DNA of 63,714 nt, filler included, from Candidatus Tectimicrobiota bacterium (GTDB lineage: Bacteria > JACPSX01): assembly GCA_016193065.1 (NCBI GenBank). It is 4 parts of 4 records of this genome, joined end to end, with 100 filler letters (N's around TTAATTAATTAA, not from the genome) between each part and the next. Parts side by side here need not be neighbours in the genome. Positions count along the whole stretch, not along the records: positions 7,892 to 31,808 come from JACPSX010000106.1; 3 more parts are not named here. One strand, written 5' to 3'. The notes under the pieces are model-generated. The model did no database searches and was not told the origin of the DNA. It worked only from the letters and a program-made list of their open reading frames with translations. A program made the translations under genes and the position numbers. Shown piece after piece: positions 20,557-30,153 of the stretch (positions within the stretch are counted from its first letter, which is position 1; every line of letters starts with the position of its first letter).

Positions 20557-21720
20557 ATGAGAATCGCCTTACTGGCCTGGGAGTCTCTGCACTCGATTCC
20601 CGTCGGGGGAGTGGGAGTTCACGTCACCGAATTGGCGGCGGCCCTGGAGCGCAAAGGTCACGAGGTCCACGTGTTCACCCGCATGGGGCCGGGTCAACCC
20701 CATCTGGAGCGGATTCACGGAGTCTGGTACCACCGCTGCCCTTTTGGTTTCAACCCCAACTTCGTGGACGAAATCCAGAACATGTGCCGCTCCTTCGTCC
20801 ACCACCTGTTTGCCGCCGAGGACTACATGGGGGCCCACTTTGACGTGGTTCATGCCCACGACTGGCTCACCTCCAACGCCATGGTCTGGATCAAGCAGGG
20901 CCGAGGGCGCAGAGTGATCTTGACGATCCACTCCACGGAGTACGGCCGCTGCGGCAACAACTTCTGGGGGGGGCAATCGGCCCGCATCCGGGATCACGAG
21001 CGCCACGGAACCTACTGTGCCGACCGGGTCATCACCGTCTCCAAGGCCCTGAAAGGAGAGGTGATGTGGATGTACAATCTTCCTGACTGGAAGGTGGAGG
21101 TGGCCTATAACGGGGTCAACGTCCATAACTTCGACGGCTGGATCCCCGATCCGGGGGCGATCCGGAAGAGTTATGGCATTGGCCCGATCGACCCGATGGT
21201 GCTCTTTTCCGGACGGATGACCTCCCAGAAGGGGCCCGATCTCCTGCTGGAGGCCGTCCCCATGATTTTGCGCTACTACCCTCGCGCCAAGTTTGTCTTC
21301 GCGGGGGAGGGGGACATGCGGGGTGCTTGTGAGCACAGAGCCCGGCAGATGGGGGTGGCGCACGCCTGCCGCTTTTTAGGACATCGCGGCGGCATGGAAC
21401 TCCACAACCTCTATAAGATCTGTGACGTGGTGTGTGTCCCCAGCCGGAACGAGCCTTTCGGCATCACGATCCTGGAGGCGTGGAGCGCCGGCAAGCCCGT
21501 GGTGGCATCCAAGAACGGAGGCCCGGACGAAATCGTCTGGCACGAGGTGACGGGCTTGAAGATCTATGCAACTCCGGAGTCCGTGGCCTGGGGCCTCGGC
21601 ACCCTGTTCACGAACTTCGAGTGGGCTCGCTGGATGGGGAGGAACGGCCGGGTCGCCGCGGAGGCAGCTTTTTCCTGGGACTTCGTAGCAGATCGAGTAT
21701 TGGGGGCATACGCCACCTGA
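20557..21720 (+). CDS. Glycosyltransferase family 4
   Basis: VGGVGVHV, VHAHDWL, GRMTSQKG, PSRNEPFGITILEAW. Confidence 0.93.
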   Translation: MRIALLAWESLHSIPVGGVGVHVTELAAALERKGHEVHVFTRMGPGQPHLERIHGVWYHRCPFGFNPNFVDEIQNMCRSFVHHLFAAEDYMGAHFDVVHAHDWLTSNAMVWIKQGRGRRVILTIHSTEYGRCGNNFWGGQSARIRDHERHGTYCADRVITVSKALKGEVMWMYNLPDWKVEVAYNGVNVHNFDGWIPDPGAIRKSYGIGPIDPMVLFSGRMTSQKGPDLLLEAVPMILRYYPRAKFVFAGEGDMRGACEHRARQMGVAHACRFLGHRGGMELHNLYKICDVVCVPSRNEPFGITILEAWSAGKPVVASKNGGPDEIVWHEVTGLKIYATPESVAWGLGTLFTNFEWARWMGRNGRVAAEAAFSWDFVADRVLGAYAT

Positions 21721-21788
21721 GCCTAGAAAAATGAAAAGAGCCCTCGCAGAGTCCGGTCCGGGTAGCCGGACTCCACAGGAGGTGTGTT

Positions 21789-22259
21789 ATGAGTATGGTG
21801 AAGCGGCTGCGGGAATTCTTGGATTCCCACAGCGTCGGGTATGAGGTAATCCCACACCGGGAGGAATACACCAGCCAGGAGATTGCCGCTGCCGGCCACA
21901 TCTCCAGCAAGGCTATGGCCAAGGTGGTTATGATCAGGCGGGGGGCGGGGTTCGTGATGGCCGTCCTGCCGGCCGCATGCAAGGTGAGTACGGACCGGCT
22001 CGAGAAGATCTTTGACGAACCGGGCATCGCCATCGCCCGCGAGCATGAGTTTGCTGAATTGTTCCCGGATTGCGAGACAGGAGCGATGCCGCCTTTCGGC
22101 AACCTGTACGGGCTGGAGGTGTACGTGGATGAGGAAATCACCAAGTACCCCCGAATCGTCTTCCAGGCGGGAAACCACTACGAGCTCGCGTCCCTGAGCT
22201 ACGCTGCCTTCAGCCGGCTGGTGCAGCCCAAAGTTGGCGAGTTCTGTTCACACGTTTGA
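21789..22259 (+). CDS. YbaK/ProX family aminoacyl-tRNA deacylase
   Basis: MAKVV, LFPDCETGAMPPFG, FQAGNH. Confidence 0.9.
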   Translation: MSMVKRLREFLDSHSVGYEVIPHREEYTSQEIAAAGHISSKAMAKVVMIRRGAGFVMAVLPAACKVSTDRLEKIFDEPGIAIAREHEFAELFPDCETGAMPPFGNLYGLEVYVDEEITKYPRIVFQAGNHYELASLSYAAFSRLVQPKVGEFCSHV

Positions 22260-22283
22260 GGGACTTCCCCCTCTTGGGTTCGG

Positions 22284-22420
22284 GTTACCGTCCGGTAACC
22301 CTTTCTTCCCTGTATGTTGCCATTTGGTAACCTTCTCTCCCGATCCTCTAGTCTACCCTTTGATGTAAAGGCTCTTCTCCGGCATTTTCCCCGGCGCATC
22401 CAAGCGGTATGTCCCTTGCT
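22284..22420 (+). promoter_or_regulatory. Paired GTTAC-N6-GTAAC sites plus sigma54 promoter (unit 4)
   Basis: Sites at 22284-22299 and 22316-22331; CGGTATGTCCCTTGCT at 22405-22420. Confidence 0.75.
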
Positions 22421-22533
22421 ATGGGACAGCATGAAAGGAGTAATCTGCCTGAATCTGTCCTGGCGTGAAAGGAGAAAGGCATGAGCAATAAGTCGGAAGA
22501 AAAGCACGTTCCTGCGCGGGAGGACGTGTCGCC

Positions 22534-22899
22534 ATGAAACGTTCGCTTCGCCAATTCACTTCGATCCTCTGCGCTGGCTTGTTCCTGCTCTCTTTGCTTT
22601 TCGTTTCCTCAGCCCTTTTGGCTCAGGACAAGAAGACACCGACCTCGGTAGAAAGAGGGGACAAGCTGTTTGAGGAATTGAAGTGCGGAGACTGTCATTT
22701 CAAGGGTCACGATGGGGAGGGTCCAGGAAAAGATCTCTCGAAGGAGGGAACCAAGCGGGACCAGCAGTGGCTCATGAATTATTTGAAGGAATTTCAGACT
22801 ACCCATTCGAAGTACACGCAGGCGTTCCAGGAGAGTGAGATCCAGGATCTGAGTGCCTATCTGTTGAGTGACAGATCCTGTTCGGAAAAGTGCCATTAG
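22534..22899 (+). CDS. Periplasmic cytochrome c
   Basis: Signal peptide, CGDCH, GKDLS, EIQDLSAYL; atypical C-terminal CSEKCH. Confidence 0.85.
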   Translation: MKRSLRQFTSILCAGLFLLSLLFVSSALLAQDKKTPTSVERGDKLFEELKCGDCHFKGHDGEGPGKDLSKEGTKRDQQWLMNYLKEFQTTHSKYTQAFQESEIQDLSAYLLSDRSCSEKCH

Positions 22900-22948
22900 A
22901 TCGTTGCGGACTCAGGGACGAGCGACAGGACTGGCACTCGGCGGTCGC

Positions 22949-23084
22949 GTTACCACAGAGTAACTGCAACGGACCGCTATGTCACCGGTCGGTAACCTGC
23001 TCTCCGCGTTCATCCAACGCTTCCGTCTCTGGACCTGGTTTATCAACGAGTTGATCCCTGCGCGCGGAAGGCACGGTCCTTGCT
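22949..23084 (+). promoter_or_regulatory. Paired GTTAC-N6-GTAAC sites plus sigma54 promoter (unit 5)
   Basis: Sites at 22949-22964 and 22981-22996; AGGCACGGTCCTTGCT at 23069-23084. Confidence 0.8.
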
Positions 23085-23172
23085 CTTCCCTAAGAAAGGA
23101 GAAACATTCTTCCAATTGCAGTCCCAGCGGACGGAGGCGCCGCTGTTCAACCGGCAATGGGAGGTCAACCCG

Positions 23173-25422
23173 ATGAGCGGCAACAGTCTGTTGTCTCAGG
23201 ATCTGACCCGGCGAACTTTTCTCAAGGCCGCGGCGGCGTGCGCGGCGGTCGGCGAGGCGCTTCTTGGAAGGCCCGCTTCCGTGCTCGCGCAGATGCCCGC
23301 TGTGTCTCCACCGACCCGTGAGGAAATCATCCCCACCATCTGCTCGGGATGTCACAACGACTGCGGCATGCTCGTGCACGTCAGAGAGGGCCTTATCCGG
23401 TCCATCGAGGGGAACCCGGATCATCCCATGAACCAGGGTTCGCTGTGTCCCAAGGGGAGGTCCATGAGCGAGCTGGTCTACTCCCCTTACCGGATCAAGC
23501 GCCCGCTGCTGCGGGTCGGCGAGAGAGGGGAAGGAAAGTGGAAGGAGATCTCCTGGGACGAAGCGCTGAATACCATCTCCGCCCGGCTGAAGGAAATCAA
23601 AGAAAAGCACGGCCCGCAGACTCTTCTGACGACCTCCGGCGCCCCCGTGTATGAAGGGATTCGCAACGCCTTCGCGCAGTTCTACTCCCTTTACGGAACG
23701 CCGAATACCTGGGGGACCGCTCTGTGCTCGTCTCCCATCGAGCTGGTCATGAGAGCCGATTACGGCTTCCGGGAAGAGAACGACTACCTCAGCAGCCCGC
23801 TGATCATCGTCTGGGGGGCCAACCCCTTTGCTTCCATGCGCCCCGGTCACAACATGGCCTACGAGGTGAGCGGCGTCTGCAGCCCCCTTCTGGAGGCGAA
23901 GGAAAAGGGGGCCAAGCTGGTCGTCATCGATCCCATCCACACGGAGACCGCGGCCAAGGCGGACATCTGGGTTCCCATTCGACCCGGCACGGACGGGGCC
24001 CTGGCTCTGGCCATGCTCCACGTCATCATCACCGAAGGCCTGTACGACGCGGATTTCGTGCGGAACTGGACCACCGGTTTTGAGGAGCTCAAGAGCCACG
24101 TTCAACCGTACACCCCCGAATGGGCCTCCCCGATCACGGACGTCCCCGCCAAGCGGATCCGCGAGCTCGCGATCCTGTACGGGACAACGAGGCCGGCGAT
24201 CATCCGGACCGGCAACACCTTCGCAAACCACACGAACGGCTGTCAGGCCGTGCACGCCCTGAGTTCCCTGATCGCGATCACGGGCAACCTGGACGTTCCG
24301 GGAGGATCCGTCTGCTTTGCCGGAGGTAGAGGCGACTACACCATCCTGACCGCGTCACCGGCCACCGCGAGGCCCAAAGAGCCTCACATGCTGGCCAAGC
24401 AATACCCCCTCCAGATGACCGGCCCCGCCGTCCTCGATTCGATCTTCACCGGGAAGCCGTACACGCCCCGCGCTCTGTTCTGCTACCACAGCAACTTCCT
24501 GCTCAGCAACGTGGACTACCAGCGAACCCGGGAAGCCCTGAACAAGCTGGAGTTCATCGTGGTCGTGGACATCTTCATGACGCGATCCATCGAAGAGCTC
24601 GCGGACGTGGCGCTGCCGGACACGAGCTTCCTCGAGAGGTACGACTACCGCACGCATCCCTCGGCCCGGGGCGGAGTCGTGGCGTTGGGCCGGCCCGTGG
24701 TTCCCCCCCGGCACGAATCGAGACCCTGGTACGAGATCGAGCAGGACCTGGCCAAGAGGATGGGCTTTGCGGACAAGTATCCCTGGCACACCGCCGAGGA
24801 ATTCATCGACTACATCGTCAAGCCCTCGAAGCTCACCTTCAAGAAGCTCAAGGAGACCCCCGTCCAGTACGTGGGGAAGCACGTGTGGCGCAAGTACGAG
24901 GCGGGGCTGCTCAGGAGCGATCGGAAGCCCGGATTCAACACGCCCTCGGGCAAAGTCGAGCTGTACAATTCCACGTTCAAGAAGCACGGATACGATCCGC
25001 TGCCCACGTACCGTGAGCCCGCGGAAAGCCCCGTGAGCACGCCGGAGATCGCCAAGGATTACCCCCTGATCGCGGTCAACCGCCGCTCTCCGTTATTCGT
25101 CCATTTCAAGTACCGCAATCTCCCCTACCTGCGGGAAGTGGAGCCGGAGCCCGTGGTGTGTCTGCACCCGCGGGATGCCGGAGCGCGCGCAATCCGGGAC
25201 GGAGACTGGGTGATCATCACTTCGCCGCGCGGCCGCATCCGGCAGAAGGCCATAGTCACCGAGAGAGTGAAGCCCGGCGTCGCCCTGATCGACGGAGGCT
25301 GGGGAAACTCCTGGGATCACAGGGACGCGTGTTTCAACGCCTTGAGCGACAACCTCAAGCGGGACCCCATCGGGCAGCAACCGTCCATCGCCTCCTTCCT
25401 TTGCCAGGTCGGTAAGGCGTGA
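23173..25422 (+). CDS. Tat-exported molybdopterin oxidoreductase catalytic subunit 1 (Psr/Phs-like, DMSOR family)
   Basis: TRRTFLK, CSGCHNDC...LCPKG, likely Cys ligand in TALCSSP, PIRPGTDGALAL. Confidence 0.92.
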   Translation: MSGNSLLSQDLTRRTFLKAAAACAAVGEALLGRPASVLAQMPAVSPPTREEIIPTICSGCHNDCGMLVHVREGLIRSIEGNPDHPMNQGSLCPKGRSMSELVYSPYRIKRPLLRVGERGEGKWKEISWDEALNTISARLKEIKEKHGPQTLLTTSGAPVYEGIRNAFAQFYSLYGTPNTWGTALCSSPIELVMRADYGFREENDYLSSPLIIVWGANPFASMRPGHNMAYEVSGVCSPLLEAKEKGAKLVVIDPIHTETAAKADIWVPIRPGTDGALALAMLHVIITEGLYDADFVRNWTTGFEELKSHVQPYTPEWASPITDVPAKRIRELAILYGTTRPAIIRTGNTFANHTNGCQAVHALSSLIAITGNLDVPGGSVCFAGGRGDYTILTASPATARPKEPHMLAKQYPLQMTGPAVLDSIFTGKPYTPRALFCYHSNFLLSNVDYQRTREALNKLEFIVVVDIFMTRSIEELADVALPDTSFLERYDYRTHPSARGGVVALGRPVVPPRHESRPWYEIEQDLAKRMGFADKYPWHTAEEFIDYIVKPSKLTFKKLKETPVQYVGKHVWRKYEAGLLRSDRKPGFNTPSGKVELYNSTFKKHGYDPLPTYREPAESPVSTPEIAKDYPLIAVNRRSPLFVHFKYRNLPYLREVEPEPVVCLHPRDAGARAIRDGDWVIITSPRGRIRQKAIVTERVKPGVALIDGGWGNSWDHRDACFNALSDNLKRDPIGQQPSIASFLCQVGKA

Positions 25423-25447
25423 CGGGGAAGGCTGCCGGGGAGAAAGC

Positions 25448-26416
25448 ATGAGCGAACTGCAAACCGTATGGAGTTGGCTGCCGGCCATTTATTTCTTTCT
25501 GGGAGGACTGGGCGCGGGGGCCTTTTGCACCGTTGCGGTCCTGGCGCTGGTCACCGGCGAACGATTCAGGGGGACCGTACGGTTCGGTGCCTGGACGGCT
25601 ACGGTGGTCACGACCGCGGGCACCCTGGCCCTGCTTCTGGACGTGGGAGCGCCCTGGCGTGCTCTCGTCCTTTTCAAGAGCTTCGTGAACTTCCAATCCT
25701 GGATGACCATCGGCGCCTGGTTCCTGTTCGCCGCCATTTTGCTCCAGGGTCTTTACGCCCTTCTCTGGACGGACGGAGTCCTGCAGTGGTCCGAGGGCTT
25801 CTGGAAGCCGCTGCGGGAGAAGCGTGCCTTGTGGCGGGCCCTGGTGGCGGCCATCGGTATCCTCGTCAGCCTCGTGGTCGCGGCTTACACGGGAATCCTT
25901 CTGGGAGTCCTCCCCTTCCGTCCCTTCTGGAACACCTGGCTTCTCCCGGCGCTGTTCACGGCGTCAGCGCTTGAGACCGGGACGGCAGTGGTCACCGCCC
26001 ATGCTTCCCTGCGCGAGCAGGGCGAAGGGGTGGAGCGGCTGCGGAAAGTTCTGGAGGTCTCCATCACCGTCCTGATCGTTATCGAGGCCGCCATTCTTGG
26101 ATACTACGTCCTGTCGGCGGTCGCCGGCTCCCTGGATTCGTCCCGAGCGGCGCGCTTGCTGACCCGAGGAGCACTCGGCCCGATCTTCTGGATTCTGGTC
26201 GTCGGTTTGGGACTCGTGGTCCCCTTTTTTATCTGCGTCACCCGGTTGAGCGGACTCACCAAGCGCAGGACGGCCCTGCTGCCGGTCGCCGGAATCGCCT
26301 CGTGCCTCCTGGGCGCTTTCTCGCTCAGGTCCGTGATTCTCTGGGCAGGGATTCCGGCGTCTCTTTCCAGCCCGGGCTTGTCGCAGATCACGGCAGGGAT
26401 ACGCTTCATACCCTAG
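25448..26416 (+). CDS. NrfD/PsrC membrane anchor subunit
   Basis: WSWLPAIYFFLGGLGAG, SWMTIGAW, AYTGILLG; multiple TM helices. Confidence 0.92.
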   Translation: MSELQTVWSWLPAIYFFLGGLGAGAFCTVAVLALVTGERFRGTVRFGAWTATVVTTAGTLALLLDVGAPWRALVLFKSFVNFQSWMTIGAWFLFAAILLQGLYALLWTDGVLQWSEGFWKPLREKRALWRALVAAIGILVSLVVAAYTGILLGVLPFRPFWNTWLLPALFTASALETGTAVVTAHASLREQGEGVERLRKVLEVSITVLIVIEAAILGYYVLSAVAGSLDSSRAARLLTRGALGPIFWILVVGLGLVVPFFICVTRLSGLTKRRTALLPVAGIASCLLGAFSLRSVILWAGIPASLSSPGLSQITAGIRFIP

Positions 26417-26449
26417 GAGCCGCAACCGGGGAGAGTTAAGGAGGAAGAC

Positions 26450-28720
26450 ATGAACGCGCGAGAATCGTCGGTTGGCTGGAGTTTGAGCCGGCGCACGTTC
26501 CTCAAGGCCACCGGGGCCCTGGGGGCGGCTCTTGCTCTGCGGGAGAGTTGCGAAGGCGTGCTTCGCAGCGGCCCCGCCCGCGCCGCCGCGGCGCAGGCTC
26601 AGCCGGAAAAGGAAACGGTGGTTCCCACCATCTGCGGGGGCTGCCATCAGAACTGCGGGATGCTCGTCCATGTCAGGGGCGGCAGGGTCGTTTCCGTCGA
26701 GGGCAACCCCGATCATCCCATGAACAGCGGCGATCTGTGCCCGAAGGCGCAGGCTGCCTCTCAGATTCTCTACGCCCCGGACCGCCTGAAATATCCTCTC
26801 CTGCGGGCCGGCAAGAGGGGCGAAGGGAAGTGGAAGAGAATCTCCTGGGACGAGGCCCTGGACTTCATGGCCAACAAGCTCAAGGAAGTGCGGGACAAAT
26901 ACGGACCCATGGCCCTGGCCATGTCCACCGCGGCTCCGGTCATGCAGTGCAGCCGGACCACGTTTGTCCAGTTTCCGGCCGTGTACGGCACTCCCAACCG
27001 GATGAGCGGCAACAACTGCTACGTCAACCGGATGCTCGCCCTGGTCGCCACCTTCGGATACCGGGCGGAAGACGACTACGACCAGACCCGGCTGATCCTG
27101 CTCTGGGGCGGCAACCCCCTTGCTTCCATGCGGGCGGGCTCCTACGCCGCATACGACGGGCTTCAGCGGCCGATCCTGGATGCCATCGAGCGCGGGGCCA
27201 AGCTGATCGTCATCGATCCCATCTATACCGACACGGCGGCCAAGGCCCAGCAGTGGATCCCCATCCGGCCGGGCACCGACGGCGCCCTGGCGCTGGCGAT
27301 GCTCCACGTCATCATCAACGAAGGTCTGTACGACCGGGGCTTCGTACAGGACTGGACGGTCGGGTTCACAGAGCTTACCGAGCTCGTCCAGGACTACCCG
27401 CCCGAGAAGGTGGCGCGGATCACCTCGGTCCCGGCGGAAACCATCCGGAGCCTGGCCCGGGAGTACGCGATCACCAAACCCGCGCTCATCCACGAGGCCA
27501 ACGCCTGGGCGTTTCACACCAACGGCACCCAGACTTGCCGGGCGATCGCCTGCCTGATGGCAGTCACCGGAAACCTGGATGCCCCGGGAGGGCCGGTCTG
27601 CTTCCCCGGCTCCGCGGGCGACCGCCTCACTGTGGTGGAAGATCTGCCTCCCACCGTGCAAGTTGCCGCCAAGCCGCTGGGGGCGGACAAGTACCGGCTC
27701 ATGCCCAACGGGCCGTCGGTGTTCGACGCCATGAGCTCGGGGAAACCCTACCCCATCAAGGCCCTGATCGTCTTCCACAGCGACCCCATCGTGGTCCTGC
27801 AAGACGGCAACCGCCAGCGCGACGTGTTCGCCAAGAACCTGGACTTCCTGGCCGTGATCGACATCTTCCACACCCCCACGACTCAGATGGCGGACATTGT
27901 CCTGCCGGATACCACGTTCCTGGAGCGCCTGGATTACCGGCATCACCCCAGCGCCAGAGGCGCCATCGTGGCCTTGCGCCAGCCCGTGGTGAAGCCCATG
28001 TACGAGTCCCTGCCCGGCTATGACATCGAGCTCAAGCTGGCGGCGCGCATGGGGTTCCTGGACAAGTACCCGTGGAAGAGCGGCGAGGAAATGCTGAACC
28101 ACATCCTCAAGCCCTCCAAGGTCACGGTGCAGGACCTGCGGAAGAAGCCCGTGCAGTTCATCACCGGCCCCATGGTGTACAAGAAGTACGAGAAGGGGCT
28201 GCTGCGGCCCGACAAGAAGCCGGGTTTTGCCACCCCATCCGGGAAGGTGGAGCTTTCCTCCAGCGTGTTCCAGAAGGCGGGCTACGACCCGCTGCCGAGG
28301 TACATCGAGCCGGCGGAGAGTCCGGTGAGCACGCCGGAACTGGCCAAACGGTACCCCCTGATCGGCATGAGCCGGCGGTCGGCGACCTTCGTGCACTCGA
28401 AGTACCGGAACATCCCCTGGCTCCGTGAAATCGAAAGCGAACCTTTCATCCGGGTCAACCCCGAGGACGCCGCCAAGCGGGGAATCGCGGACGGGAACCT
28501 GGTGATCGCGGAAACCAAGAGGGGGCAGATCAGGATGCGCGCCAAGGTCACCTCCACGGTCACGCCCGGGGTCGTGCTGATCGACGGCTGCTGGTGGAAG
28601 CCGGAAAACTTGAGCGACCTGAGCTGGACCCTGAACGCGTTGATCGACATGGAGGCGCGCGACCCCATAGGAAACCTGGCCACGCTTTCGTCGTTCCTAT
28701 GCGAGATCAAGAAAGCGTAG
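26450..28720 (+). CDS. Tat-exported molybdopterin oxidoreductase catalytic subunit 2 (paralog)
   Basis: SRRTFLK, CGGCHQNC...LCPKA, likely Cys ligand in GNNCYVN. Confidence 0.92.
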   Translation: MNARESSVGWSLSRRTFLKATGALGAALALRESCEGVLRSGPARAAAAQAQPEKETVVPTICGGCHQNCGMLVHVRGGRVVSVEGNPDHPMNSGDLCPKAQAASQILYAPDRLKYPLLRAGKRGEGKWKRISWDEALDFMANKLKEVRDKYGPMALAMSTAAPVMQCSRTTFVQFPAVYGTPNRMSGNNCYVNRMLALVATFGYRAEDDYDQTRLILLWGGNPLASMRAGSYAAYDGLQRPILDAIERGAKLIVIDPIYTDTAAKAQQWIPIRPGTDGALALAMLHVIINEGLYDRGFVQDWTVGFTELTELVQDYPPEKVARITSVPAETIRSLAREYAITKPALIHEANAWAFHTNGTQTCRAIACLMAVTGNLDAPGGPVCFPGSAGDRLTVVEDLPPTVQVAAKPLGADKYRLMPNGPSVFDAMSSGKPYPIKALIVFHSDPIVVLQDGNRQRDVFAKNLDFLAVIDIFHTPTTQMADIVLPDTTFLERLDYRHHPSARGAIVALRQPVVKPMYESLPGYDIELKLAARMGFLDKYPWKSGEEMLNHILKPSKVTVQDLRKKPVQFITGPMVYKKYEKGLLRPDKKPGFATPSGKVELSSSVFQKAGYDPLPRYIEPAESPVSTPELAKRYPLIGMSRRSATFVHSKYRNIPWLREIESEPFIRVNPEDAAKRGIADGNLVIAETKRGQIRMRAKVTSTVTPGVVLIDGCWWKPENLSDLSWTLNALIDMEARDPIGNLATLSSFLCEIKKA

Positions 28721-28736
28721 GGGAGGGAGAAAAGCC

Positions 28737-29273
28737 ATGCAAAGAGGATTCTACGTCGATACGGAACGCTGCGTGGGCTGCCGCTCCTGCGAAGTGTCGT
28801 GCAAGCAATGGAACGCCCTCCCGCCCTACGTGCTGGGCAAGACCGGACCCAGATGGCGGAGGGTCGTATCTATTGAAAGCGGGACCTACCCCGCCCCGCT
28901 GCTCGTCAACGTTTCCACGGCCTGCATGCATTGCGGCAAGCCCGCCTGCGCGGCGGTATGTCCCACGGGGGCCATTACGAAGCGCATCGAGGACGGCATT
29001 GTGGTGGTGAACAAGGACAAGTGCATCGGGTGCCGCTATTGCTCCTTCGCCTGCCCCTTCGGCGTGCCTCAATACGGCGAGGACGGCTTGATGCAGAAGT
29101 GCAATCTCTGTCTGGAGCGCGTGGAGCGGGGGGAGGATCCGGCCTGTGTGGCATCCTGTCCGGGCAAGGCGCTGCATGCCGGCACGATGGAGGATATGTC
29201 GAAGCTGGCCTCGAGGAAAGCGGGCCGCAAGCTCGCGGGAGCCACCCAGCCGTCCATCCTGATCTCCCGGTAG
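28737..29273 (+). CDS. 4Fe-4S electron transfer subunit (DmsB/NrfC/PsrB-like)
   Basis: CVGCRSCEVSC, CMHCGKPACAAVCP, CIGCRYCSFACP, KCNLC...CVASCP. Confidence 0.95.
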   Translation: MQRGFYVDTERCVGCRSCEVSCKQWNALPPYVLGKTGPRWRRVVSIESGTYPAPLLVNVSTACMHCGKPACAAVCPTGAITKRIEDGIVVVNKDKCIGCRYCSFACPFGVPQYGEDGLMQKCNLCLERVERGEDPACVASCPGKALHAGTMEDMSKLASRKAGRKLAGATQPSILISR

Positions 29274-29366
29274 CCCCTGGAGGTCGGAGTCGGAGGAGCC
29301 CTGCTCCGGTCGCCGCGGCTTCCGACCGGCGCAGGGAGCGCCGTTCCGAGAAGGAAGAGGGAACCG

Positions 29367-30101
29367 ATGTCAGAACGTCGGGAACGAGCCGGGATTCTGG
29401 AGACCCTTCGGGACCGCTACGCCACCTATGGTTTCCTGTCCCGGATTTACCGGGAGGAACTCACCGGCCCGCTGCTGCGCGAGATGGCCGGCTCTGCGTC
29501 CTTGCAGGACGCGCCGGCCCCGGACAGCGAAGGTTTGACGATGATTCAGGAGTTCGCCGGGGGTCTACAGCGAGCCGATCTGGAAGAAGTCGAGTGGGAT
29601 CTGGCAGCGGAGTACGCCGGCCTGTTCCTGAGCGGCGCCCATTCCGTATCCCCCTACGAATCGGTCTACACGAGCAGGGTGATGCAGGAGGCGCGGGACG
29701 AAGTTCTCAAGATCTACATGGGGGAGGGACTGGAGGTATCTCAGGGTTGCAACGAGCCCGAAGATCACCTCGCCATCGAGCTGGAATTGATGCGCCGGCT
29801 CTGCCAGAAGACCATCGACAGTATGGAACAGGATGATCTCCGGACCGCCCTGCGCTGTCTGGAAAGGCAAGAGCAGTTCCTTGCCCGACACCTTCAAGCC
29901 TGGGTCCCCAGATTCTGCGCGGACATGGAGAAGGCCGCGCGCTCGGGCTTCTACAAGGGGATCGCCAAGGTCACGGGCGAGTTCCTTGCGCTCGACAAAG
30001 AAACCATCCGTGAACTGATCGAGGCGGTGAAAGACGGGATAAGCTCCGGCGCTCCCCCGCCGCCTCCTTTGAGCCACGATCGGCGCTTCGCGCCCGGGTA
30101 G
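29367..30101 (+). CDS. TorD/DmsD family redox enzyme maturation chaperone
   Basis: SPYESVY, EPEDHLAIELE, HLQAWVPRF. Confidence 0.92.
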   Translation: MSERRERAGILETLRDRYATYGFLSRIYREELTGPLLREMAGSASLQDAPAPDSEGLTMIQEFAGGLQRADLEEVEWDLAAEYAGLFLSGAHSVSPYESVYTSRVMQEARDEVLKIYMGEGLEVSQGCNEPEDHLAIELELMRRLCQKTIDSMEQDDLRTALRCLERQEQFLARHLQAWVPRFCADMEKAARSGFYKGIAKVTGEFLALDKETIRELIEAVKDGISSGAPPPPPLSHDRRFAPG

Positions 30102-30153
30102 ATTCCGGGGGCACGCAACTTAGGGCCGATGCCCCCGGCCTCCGAGTTCTTTC

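Noticed and set aside
25964-28396. Long antisense ORFs (also 7836-8867, 9374-10702, 22912-24255, 39887-41383, 55321-56934)
   Set aside because: Typical high-GC shadows opposite well-supported genes
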